A stretch of DNA of 20,000 nucleotides from an uncultured virus (IMG/VR IMGVR_UViG_3300021579_000006). Lineage: Duplodnaviria > Heunggongvirae > Uroviricota > Caudoviricetes. The DNA is taken from the IMG/VR virus record IMGVR_UViG_3300021579_000006. One strand, written 5' to 3'. The position numbers and the translations under genes are program-made. Positions 7,508 through 15,514 of the stretch are shown here, one piece after another (the stretch's first letter is position 1; each line of letters starts with the position of its first letter). A model generated the notes under the pieces. That model was not told the DNA's origin and did no database searches. It saw only the letters and a program-made list of their open reading frames with translations.

Positions 7508-8302
7508 GTGCCTATACACGCTGATACTAGTCCAAACATTAAATGGAAGCTTCCAGAAGGCAAGCCAGCTTTTTATCTAGAAAATGTATTTACTAAAGAT
7601 ATTTTGAATAAGGTAAAAACAACTATTGATGAACAAGCAAACTGGGGACCAGGTTCAGAAAATAAACCTAATGCAACTCCGTATCACAACATCCTCGGTA
7701 GATGGCATACAGAGGTAGACTTTCCACCAGAGGTCTGGGAGTACCTAGAGAATCTAGGAAAAGAACAATGGGGATTACCAGAACTTAGACTAAAAATAGT
7801 TTGGGTAGCCAGATACCAGCAATATAAGGGAATAACCCCATACATCTGGGAGCACATGGATCAACCAGCTACTCAATACACAGCGGATATTTGCGTGGAA
7901 TCACATCGAGTTCCGAGCTGGGGGCTCTCAATTGATGGTGAGCGTTTCGAGGAGCAAAATAATAGCGGAATCTTTTTTATGGGCCAACAGCAGGTACATA
8001 CTCGGCCTAGATATCCAGTAGACGATGAAGAAGCTTACGTAACAGTTCTTTTTGCTAATTATGCAACTAAAGACCACTGGATTTATGACATTGATTGCTA
8101 CTCCGAAGAAGGAAATATCCAGTACGCAGAGGCTATGAAGAAGTATAAGCTCGATGGTGACATAAGATATTACGAGCATTCCGGGCATGGGCCATACTTT
8201 AACGACTTACCGGAAGGTAATAAGGAATGTCCTGGATGTCAGCAATGCACTGTTGTAGGTATAGACTTTATTAAGAATGTTGAAGGATATATACCTCTAT
8301 GA
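7508..8302 (+). CDS. Divergent 2OG-Fe(II) oxygenase-like protein
   Basis: GTG start with AGGAG RBS. ARY...EHMD (HxD)...FMGQQQVHTR (distal His). Lacks the NDDYEGGE motif of the other seven; C-terminal CPGCQQC. Confidence 0.65.
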   Translation: MPIHADTSPNIKWKLPEGKPAFYLENVFTKDILNKVKTTIDEQANWGPGSENKPNATPYHNILGRWHTEVDFPPEVWEYLENLGKEQWGLPELRLKIVWVARYQQYKGITPYIWEHMDQPATQYTADICVESHRVPSWGLSIDGERFEEQNNSGIFFMGQQQVHTRPRYPVDDEEAYVTVLFANYATKDHWIYDIDCYSEEGNIQYAEAMKKYKLDGDIRYYEHSGHGPYFNDLPEGNKECPGCQQCTVVGIDFIKNVEGYIPL

Positions 8303-9297
8303 CAAAAATACTTGTCTCAATGATCGCCTATCGCGAGCGTCAACTAGCTGAGTCAGTTAGAGATTGCTATGAGAAGGCAGCTAAGCCAGGGAATCTAATA
8401 TTCTCGATTGTATCGGAGCAAAGTAAGCCAGAGCTTCATGCAGACCTAAGTTTCATCCCTGAGGGTCAGCTAGTCTATAGAAAATACGATCTCTCAAAAT
8501 ATAGAGGGGTACTTTGGTCTAGGGATAAGACAACAGAAGTATCTGAAGAATATGACTATATTCTCTATACCTGCGGGCACAACTTATTTGCCGAAGGCTG
8601 GGACACTATAGTTCTAGAGGAATACGAAAAAGCAAAAGAAATAAATCCTAAAGCGCTACTCACGGTCTCTGGGCCAGAGTACGAGATGAATTCAGACTGG
8701 AGCATTAGCTATACTTCTAGAGCAGGACGAGTAAAAAATAGCTATAGACCATTCATAACTGAAGGATATATTCCAGGCCATAGTTTCCCGGGAACTCAGC
8801 TAGTTCCGGAGGATAGTTCGGTTCATGAAGACTACTACCTACAGCTCAGCTGGGTATTTGCACCTAAAGAGTTTGTAGATGAAGTCCCGCTAGACCCGGA
8901 TATGTGTTATCACGGTGAAGAGATTTATGTAACCATCCAAGCATGGTGCCGCGGGTGGCGTTTCTATTCAACACCAAGAATCCTTTATTACCACAATACA
9001 TACAAAGAGTACCCAGACGAGATCCACTCTAGAATGACTACCCACCGCCCGTGGTCAGATATGAATAAAGATGCTTTCTGGAAACAATCAGATGATTCAA
9101 TGTTGAAACTAAATCTATTACTATCAGGGAGACTTACAGGCATATATGGAGACATCCCTAAAGAGTCCGTAGAAGAGTATTGCAAAATGTCAGGGATGGA
9201 TCATAGAATTTGCGAATATAATCCAAACTATAACAACTTAGGTATACCTAGACACGCAGAAGATTTTAGACTTTTAGAGCCAATTATTTTAGAATAA
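8299..9297 (+). CDS. GlcNAc transferase, GT60 / Skp1-hydroxyproline GlcNAc transferase (Gnt1)-like
   Basis: Motif order matches the Gnt1/GlcNAc family: ILVSMIAYRE (cf. IFVSIASYRD), RGVLWSR (cf. GPxxAR), YILYTCGHNLF..GWD (cf. YxLQIDSHxRF..WD), EVPLDP...HGEE, AWCRGWRFYS...YH. Confidence 0.75.
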   Translation: MTKILVSMIAYRERQLAESVRDCYEKAAKPGNLIFSIVSEQSKPELHADLSFIPEGQLVYRKYDLSKYRGVLWSRDKTTEVSEEYDYILYTCGHNLFAEGWDTIVLEEYEKAKEINPKALLTVSGPEYEMNSDWSISYTSRAGRVKNSYRPFITEGYIPGHSFPGTQLVPEDSSVHEDYYLQLSWVFAPKEFVDEVPLDPDMCYHGEEIYVTIQAWCRGWRFYSTPRILYYHNTYKEYPDEIHSRMTTHRPWSDMNKDAFWKQSDDSMLKLNLLLSGRLTGIYGDIPKESVEEYCKMSGMDHRICEYNPNYNNLGIPRHAEDFRLLEPIILE

Positions 9298-9313
9298 GGT
9301 ATAGACTGGATCT

Positions 9314-10048
9314 ATGAATGATTGGTTCACTAAAGATAGATCAGAGACCTCATCTAATAGAATGCCAGATCGACAGTATGGTAACGTTACCGTACTAAAT
9401 CCAGCTCTAGGTATAAATATCTATAGAGGCGCCTATACACCAGAGCAATGCGCAAAGTTTATTCAAACCCTCGAAAATAAGCTAGATGGGTCAGGACCCT
9501 ACAAATGGCAGGGTGCCATGGTTACCAACTCAGCTGAGGCGGATGTTTCAGCTAGAAATGCCCTAGACTTTAAGTTTGGCTCGAAGGATTTAGGGCCTAG
9601 AACTCCTCAGAATGCCGAGCTTCTGGATATGCATGAAGAAATTTTTCAGAGCATGTATAGCTGCGTATCAGACTACGGGCGCTACTGGGGTGTAGGGATG
9701 CAGTCATTCGAGGCATTTAATTTTGTAAAGTATCCCGGTAAGGGTACCCACTTTAAGATTCACGCTGACCATGGTCCAACCTATGTCAGTACTGTATCTA
9801 TCGTTATCTATTTGAATGATGACTATGAAGGCGGAGAGATTTATTTCCCTCGAATGGATGGCTTGAAGATTAAGCCTAAAGCAGGAGATATTGTAGTATT
9901 CCCGTCTATCTTTATCTATGAGCATGCCTCTGAAGATATGATCGACGGAACCAAGTACGCTATAGTCATCATGAGCGACTACAATGATCGTGATAATGTT
10001 AATCGTCGAGTACCACATGTAATTACGGAATATGAGTTGAAATACTAA
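9314..10048 (+). CDS. 2OG-Fe(II) oxygenase, prolyl 4-hydroxylase-like (Lys type)
   Basis: HAD...YLNDDYEGGEIYF...KPKAG...FPS...H-x9-K (HASEDMIDGTK). Confidence 0.88.
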   Translation: MNDWFTKDRSETSSNRMPDRQYGNVTVLNPALGINIYRGAYTPEQCAKFIQTLENKLDGSGPYKWQGAMVTNSAEADVSARNALDFKFGSKDLGPRTPQNAELLDMHEEIFQSMYSCVSDYGRYWGVGMQSFEAFNFVKYPGKGTHFKIHADHGPTYVSTVSIVIYLNDDYEGGEIYFPRMDGLKIKPKAGDIVVFPSIFIYEHASEDMIDGTKYAIVIMSDYNDRDNVNRRVPHVITEYELKY

Positions 10049-10806
10049 TGCAACCAGAGATAGTAAGTACCTCAGCGAAAATAGAAGAGCTAGGTAAGCA
10101 AGAGCAGAAGACAGTAGAAGAACGTCTAAAAGCTTGGTATAACATCGAAGAGAAAACCTGGACATCCTGCGAAGAGGTTGCCCCTGGGTCAGGAATTTGG
10201 GTATATCGAGATGTCCTACCAAAGGATATGAATATCATCGAGCGACTGGAAACAGTGCTAGCTGATCCAAGCAATAACTACTCATACGCCGAGGCTATGG
10301 TTGGCTATGCCATGCGAATGCCAGAATACCGTGATTGCGTAGATTTTAAATACAAAAAGTCAGACATTATCAACGATAAGTCAGAAGCTGGACTAGCACT
10401 ACAAGAGTTGGCAGATGATGTCAACTATCGCCAACTCCAAGCTGTTAAGGACTATACCCGCCGATACAACGTAGGAGAGCTTCGATACTGGGAAGCAACT
10501 AACTACGTTCGTTATGGAGAAGGTCAGCACTTCCAGGAGCACCACGACCACGGCTACTCATACAACTGCGTAGTATCTCTAGTTAGCTTTCCTAATGATG
10601 ACTATGAAGGTGGAGAATTGTTCTTCCGTCTACAGGGTGCAACCATTAAACCAAAGGCTGGAGAGACTTATATCTTCCCTTCAAACTTCATGTACCCGCA
10701 TCGTGCAATGCCAGTAATCTCTGGTGTCAAATATTCGATGGTTACCATGCTTGACTTCTCAGAGAAGTTCCACAACCCTAAGTTCTACGAGGAGACTGGT
10801 AACTAG
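10048..10806 (+). CDS. 2OG-Fe(II) oxygenase, prolyl 4-hydroxylase-like (Lys type)
   Basis: HHD...NDDYEGGELFF...KPKAG...FPSN...HRAMPVISGVK. TAATG-coupled. Confidence 0.88.
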   Translation: MQPEIVSTSAKIEELGKQEQKTVEERLKAWYNIEEKTWTSCEEVAPGSGIWVYRDVLPKDMNIIERLETVLADPSNNYSYAEAMVGYAMRMPEYRDCVDFKYKKSDIINDKSEAGLALQELADDVNYRQLQAVKDYTRRYNVGELRYWEATNYVRYGEGQHFQEHHDHGYSYNCVVSLVSFPNDDYEGGELFFRLQGATIKPKAGETYIFPSNFMYPHRAMPVISGVKYSMVTMLDFSEKFHNPKFYEETGN

Positions 10807-11540
10807 TGAAGACTATTACTGTAACCAAGGCTGGAAACAATGTAGCAAACATTGAACCATTAACCGCTAGACGAGACTGGATGGACGAGACTGCAGATAA
10901 GCACGCATATATGTGCTTCCCTGTAAGTCTGACTAATAAACTAGGCTGGGGAATATCGTTCCCTAAGGATATTCGCTTCATCTGGGATGGAATTACCGAT
11001 ACTACTGACACCCACATCAAAGTCCTCGAGGGGGAAGAGTATGTATACACTGGCCGCGGAAATGCGACTATTAGCTTCAGATCAGGTTTAGTGTTTAAAA
11101 CTGATCAGAACACTACCCTTCTATCGATGCCTGTTCCAAATCAGTTCATTCGTGGTGCTCAATGCTATACAACCCTGATTAGTACTTCATTCTATATGCC
11201 AGAACTACCTCTGGGTTGGCGTCTAACGGAACCAAACATTGAAGTATTCATCCCGGCTGGAACTCCAGTTGCTGCAGTTCTCCCTATCTCTTTAGGAGCC
11301 TTAGAGGGCGACTATCAACTAGAGATTTCAGATAAATTCCTTGACCGTGCGTACTGGGAAGAAGTAACCAAGTACGGAGATGCTGCAGAAATCAAAAATG
11401 GTGTCGGGGACTGGTCAAAAATGTATCGAGATGCTTTGAACTACAAGGGTGAAGTCGTCGGAAAACACGAAACTAAATCGATTAAATTGAAGACCATTAC
11501 ATGCCCAGTGACAGGAGCCACGATTGAGCAACAAGATTAA
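10806..11540 (+). CDS. DUF6065-like protein
   Basis: RRDWMDET...HAYMCFPVSLTNKLGW resembles the DUF6065 N-terminal pattern (RxWMD...AYRCLPL..AN..GW); later IPAGTPVAAVLPI. GTG start overlaps the previous stop. Confidence 0.65.
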   Translation: MKTITVTKAGNNVANIEPLTARRDWMDETADKHAYMCFPVSLTNKLGWGISFPKDIRFIWDGITDTTDTHIKVLEGEEYVYTGRGNATISFRSGLVFKTDQNTTLLSMPVPNQFIRGAQCYTTLISTSFYMPELPLGWRLTEPNIEVFIPAGTPVAAVLPISLGALEGDYQLEISDKFLDRAYWEEVTKYGDAAEIKNGVGDWSKMYRDALNYKGEVVGKHETKSIKLKTITCPVTGATIEQQD

Positions 11541-12255
11541 ATTTATTGCTAACCGCCCGTGGCTTAAAAAAGACAGTAAGTCAACACCTGAACCCACATC
11601 TAAAAACATTCCAGACTGGTATCGTAAAGCAGATCGGTTTGCCATCAATCCAATGACTAACGAGCCATGGGAGCACCCACAGCAAGGGAAGATCCCTACA
11701 TGGAAGGCGTGCCCAGCAATCATGGATGTAATGATGACTGGATATGTCTATAAAACACCATGTGACCTAGAGTTCTATCTAGATTCAAATAATCAAATTG
11801 CAGTAAAAGTATTAGACCCTCAGAACCAAGATTTCTGCGGCCCCCGAGACCCACTACCTCAGTTTGTCCACCCCATGGGTTATCACGAGAAGCACTTTGC
11901 TTGGTGGGCTGACTGGGCCGTATCAGTTCCGGAGGGGTACAGCGTTCTGTACACTCACCCACTGAATCGGTATGATCTACCATTCCAGACAACTAATGGC
12001 GTGATTGACAATGATAAGGTGAATTTACCAGGAACCATGCCTTTCTTTATTAAGGAAGGTTGGACTGGAATTCTACCAGCTGGAACTCCTTATGCTCAGC
12101 TCATCCCTTTCAAGCGTGAGGACTGGGAGTCAGAGATCTCGGTTCCTGACTACAAGACTATGGTTAAGAGTAACCATGATAACTCAACCAAGTATCGAGT
12201 ACGAGATGGTGGAGTATACAAGAACTCCGTCTGGACTAGAAGAATTTACGGATAA
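11524..12255 (+). CDS. Conserved phage protein, DUF6065-related (possible dUTPase-like beta fold)
   Basis: TTG start with AGGAG RBS. IPDWY...TWKACPAIMD..GY...PEGYSVLYTHPLNR...GVIDND...LPAGTPYAQLIPFKREDW; shares the Cys-Pro region and PAGTP with the preceding gene. Confidence 0.55.
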   Translation: MSNKIKFIANRPWLKKDSKSTPEPTSKNIPDWYRKADRFAINPMTNEPWEHPQQGKIPTWKACPAIMDVMMTGYVYKTPCDLEFYLDSNNQIAVKVLDPQNQDFCGPRDPLPQFVHPMGYHEKHFAWWADWAVSVPEGYSVLYTHPLNRYDLPFQTTNGVIDNDKVNLPGTMPFFIKEGWTGILPAGTPYAQLIPFKREDWESEISVPDYKTMVKSNHDNSTKYRVRDGGVYKNSVWTRRIYG

Positions 12256-12268
12256 CTAGGATATAACT

Positions 12269-12964
12269 ATGCAGAATAACGAGTTCGAAAACTCCAATAA
12301 CCAACACGCGATGAATGACCGAGTCTCTATAACTCCTTCAGGATTCTTTGGTAACTCCCCTGACAACATTGTTACTCTAGAAAACTTTATGACTGAAGAA
12401 GAGATTACTACTTTAGATACCTTCATTCGTAATAACGAATATTGGGACGTGACTGAAACTCACTACAATGACGATGGTACCGTAATCTATGACTCAGAGT
12501 ACTGGAAGGATCGAGTAGCCACATACGATACGATCCGTAAAACTAGTGAAGAGATTCCTAAGATTATTGAAGGAATGGTAGCTCGCCTAAAGGTTGAGGT
12601 AGATAAGTACCTTCAGGTTGACGCAATCCCCACTAGCCCGGCTATGGTGCGCTGGCTTCCAGGTCAGTTGCAGATGCCCCATGCAGACAAAGAACTGCAT
12701 GAAGAGCCTAACCGCGGTATCCCTAATGATTTCCCTTACTACGATATTGCTGGACTCTTTTATATCAATGATGACTACGAGGGTGGGGAGTTGTATTTCC
12801 CACTCCAAGGAATTCAGTTCAAGCCTAAGCGTGGAGCTGCATACTTCTTCCCTGGTGATATGAACTACATCCATGGAGTAACGAAGATCGAATCAGGCAT
12901 TCGCTACACTTGCCCATTTTTCTGGACTATCGCCAAGCACACAGGTGAACGTCAACCTCAATGA
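12269..12964 (+). CDS. 2OG-Fe(II) oxygenase, prolyl hydroxylase-like (Arg type)
   Basis: PHAD...YINDDYEGGELYF...FPG...HGVTKIESGIR. Confidence 0.88.
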   Translation: MQNNEFENSNNQHAMNDRVSITPSGFFGNSPDNIVTLENFMTEEEITTLDTFIRNNEYWDVTETHYNDDGTVIYDSEYWKDRVATYDTIRKTSEEIPKIIEGMVARLKVEVDKYLQVDAIPTSPAMVRWLPGQLQMPHADKELHEEPNRGIPNDFPYYDIAGLFYINDDYEGGELYFPLQGIQFKPKRGAAYFFPGDMNYIHGVTKIESGIRYTCPFFWTIAKHTGERQPQ

Positions 12965-13554
12965 ATACTATAACTTACTACAAAGATGAGCCTATTTTAG
13001 ATAGTAAGTTGGGTATTAAAACTAATCGACTAGTTAGAATATCTGATTTCCTGGATGAAAAAGAGCTGGATATCCTTATGGATATTTTAAAAAATGATGA
13101 ACTTCCTTGGAGCGAGACATCATTCAATAAGTCCTATGGAATCTCTTTAGTAGATATGGAAAGTAACCTCGAGTCTAGAGGTCTTTCAAAGGATTACTTT
13201 TTAAACCTAAGTAAAAAGTTTAAATCAACTGTAGAAAGTATCTTTGAACACCCTGTACTAGATACCTATGTACAAGCCCAGCGGTGGTCAAAAGGTGGAC
13301 AAGCTGACCCACACTCAGATAATTCAGACTACAAGGGCAATGTATCTGAGTTTAGTAAGTTGAAATATGTATCTATACTATATGCTAATTCTGACTACTC
13401 AGGCGGGGAGATCTACTTCCCAGATCATGGCCTAGAGATAAAACCGGAAAAGAATGACTTACTAGTTTTTCCCGGTGGTTTTGAAAATATTCACGGGGTG
13501 AAGGAAGTAACCTCAGGATTTAGATACACCATTATGGCCTTTTGGGACTTTTAA
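12961..13554 (+). CDS. 2OG-Fe(II) oxygenase, prolyl hydroxylase-like (Arg type, P3H-like motifs)
   Basis: PHSDN...SILYANSDYSGGEIYF...FPGGFENIHGVKEVTSGFR. ATGA overlap with the previous gene. Confidence 0.85.
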   Translation: MNTITYYKDEPILDSKLGIKTNRLVRISDFLDEKELDILMDILKNDELPWSETSFNKSYGISLVDMESNLESRGLSKDYFLNLSKKFKSTVESIFEHPVLDTYVQAQRWSKGGQADPHSDNSDYKGNVSEFSKLKYVSILYANSDYSGGEIYFPDHGLEIKPEKNDLLVFPGGFENIHGVKEVTSGFRYTIMAFWDF

Positions 13555-13587
13555 TTACAAATAGATACTTAAGATAGGATTATATAC

Positions 13588-14385
13588 ATGTCAGAGAATA
13601 AAGAAATGCACCTAGCTGAGAAACTTCATGAAGAGGTTTTCCTATACGAGAACGTAATCGAGGACCCTCGTAAACTCATTAAGATGATTGAAGATCTTGA
13701 TTCGGTCGAGGAAGTCTACTCTGTCATCCCTAAGTGGGGTAAGTGGCTATCAAATAGCAATGATGGTCACACTTTTGGTGGTAAAAAAGATTTTAATCCT
13801 GATCTGGTTGACCAACTTCCAGAGGAATATAAGGCAGATGTTCAGTACATTATTGATCAGATTCGCTCAGGTGTTAAGAAGGTAGCGGAAGCTTACTTTA
13901 GAGACCGAGAGTTCGATTATGAGCCAAATCTATCTCCTTTCGTAGGAATCATGAAGTATCGACCAGGCTGTGCAATGGGGGCCCACTTTGATGCCCAGGC
14001 TGGCGACCGTACTTTGAAGTACTCTATTGTTCTATATCTGAATGAAGACTACGAGGGTGGGGAAATCTCATTCATCATTCGAGACTATGATCTCCGCGAC
14101 CCAAAGAATGACCTACTGAAGCCAGAAGAAGATATCGAGGATGCTAAGGATTCAGGTCTAATTGACTTCTGGCGTAAGCCAAAGGCTGGATCAGCATTGA
14201 TCTTCCCGTCTACGCATCCCTACAAGCATCAGGTTCACATCATGAAGTCTGGAGATAAATACATGTTCCCTGGATTTGTATTCCACCCAGACTATGATCA
14301 ACATGATGAAGAGTCTCGTAAGTTCTTTAACGCAGGATCCCAGTACGAGCCAATTGTAAACCCGTATTTAACACCAGAGGCATAA
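13588..14385 (+). CDS. 2OG-Fe(II) oxygenase, prolyl 4-hydroxylase-like (Lys type) with internal insertion
   Basis: HFD...YLNEDYEGGEISF-[acidic insert]-KPKAG...FPS...HQVHIMKSGDK. Confidence 0.87.
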   Translation: MSENKEMHLAEKLHEEVFLYENVIEDPRKLIKMIEDLDSVEEVYSVIPKWGKWLSNSNDGHTFGGKKDFNPDLVDQLPEEYKADVQYIIDQIRSGVKKVAEAYFRDREFDYEPNLSPFVGIMKYRPGCAMGAHFDAQAGDRTLKYSIVLYLNEDYEGGEISFIIRDYDLRDPKNDLLKPEEDIEDAKDSGLIDFWRKPKAGSALIFPSTHPYKHQVHIMKSGDKYMFPGFVFHPDYDQHDEESRKFFNAGSQYEPIVNPYLTPEA

Positions 14386-14387
14386 CT

Positions 14388-15038
14388 GTGGGCATTGCCT
14401 ATAAAGAGGTTTACAACAATATCCTATATTTCGAGAACGCAATTCCAAATATAGAATCAGTAGTCAATGACATTGAAAAGACTAATAGTATTGCATTAAC
14501 CCCATGGCTGCCTTGGTATGCTAATTCAGAGGGGTCACATCGATATGGTGACTTAAAGAGTATGGTCAAAGATCTTTTAACTGAAGAATCAGACCTCACC
14601 ACTAAGCAAGCAATCATCGGGATTTTTGGAACAATAGCCACTTCCATGGGGATATGCGCTATTGAATACGCCTTTAAATACGGAATAGATCCCGAACAGC
14701 TCGAGTATGCGCTAGAAGCCATGAAGCTACCAAATACAAAGATTGGCATAAATAAATACTCTGAAGGCCAGTTCATGGGACCGCACATTGACTGGAATGA
14801 GCAAAACTACGATATTGCATACACCATCGTTGTCTATTTGAATGATGACTATGAAGGCGGAGAGTTATATTTCGTTGATCCTTCCATAGACCTTAAGCTA
14901 AAACCTAAGGCTGGAAGCATAGTAATGTTTCCATCCAACCTTCCCTACCTCCACCAGTCGTGTGAAATTACTAAAGGTAGAAAAATGCTTATTACTCATC
15001 ACTGGAAGAGTAAGCTCCTACTAAGAAAAGACAGCTGA
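14388..15038 (+). CDS. 2OG-Fe(II) oxygenase, prolyl 4-hydroxylase-like (Lys type)
   Basis: HID...YLNDDYEGGELYF...KPKAG...FPSN...HQSCEITKGRK. GTG start. Confidence 0.87.
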   Translation: MGIAYKEVYNNILYFENAIPNIESVVNDIEKTNSIALTPWLPWYANSEGSHRYGDLKSMVKDLLTEESDLTTKQAIIGIFGTIATSMGICAIEYAFKYGIDPEQLEYALEAMKLPNTKIGINKYSEGQFMGPHIDWNEQNYDIAYTIVVYLNDDYEGGELYFVDPSIDLKLKPKAGSIVMFPSNLPYLHQSCEITKGRKMLITHHWKSKLLLRKDS

Positions 15039-15514
15039 TGTCTGGAGATTTAAATCCAGTTAACCTGGATATGGTTGAAAAGTTTAAGTTAGAAGTTAGA
15101 GATAAAGTGGCTTCTGGCTACATGCTAACCGTAGCTAGAGATGGCGAGAATCCAGTCAGATCTATCTACTTCTATGACAATGCCCTGGATGCAGCTACAG
15201 GATATGCAGCCTACTCCGACTGGGGATTTGCGAAAGAATATCTAACCGTGACTTTATACGAGCCTACCGGCACTACACATGAAAAAATACTTAAACGCCC
15301 ACGTGGCGGAGAATGTACGTTCCTAAAAAATGACTACCTAGAGGTTACTAAAGCTCTAGAATCGGCTAAATTAGAGACGCCAGAACCAACTTTTAATAAA
15401 CTAATTTTTACGTTTGCTAAGATATTTTCTAGAGACAATCAAAGATTTGACCACGAAAGATTTCTTTCTAACTTAGGATATACAGGAGAGACAACCGATG
15501 AGCATCGAGAATAA
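15038..15514 (+). CDS. Hypothetical phage protein
   Basis: 158 aa, TGATG-coupled upstream and overlapping the next gene. C-terminal DNQRFDHERFL; no catalytic motif recognised. Confidence 0.7.
   Translation: MSGDLNPVNLDMVEKFKLEVRDKVASGYMLTVARDGENPVRSIYFYDNALDAATGYAAYSDWGFAKEYLTVTLYEPTGTTHEKILKRPRGGECTFLKNDYLEVTKALESAKLETPEPTFNKLIFTFAKIFSRDNQRFDHERFLSNLGYTGETTDEHRE

Noticed and set aside
7143..7563. Minus-strand ORFs with GRTV and GGKN repeats
   Set aside because: Antisense shadows of the stop-free PPFF minisatellite. The plus frame has an RBS, FN3-like domains and operon context.
8225..8250. Radical SAM motif in 7508-8302
   Set aside because: Spacing is CxxCxxC, not CxxxCxxC, and it lies at the extreme C-terminus.
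7447..12267. GATATAAC at 7447-7454 and 12260-12267 as internal promoters
   Set aside because: Short AT-rich match. One copy is upstream of the hairpin and the other overlaps an RBS spacer, so support is insufficient.
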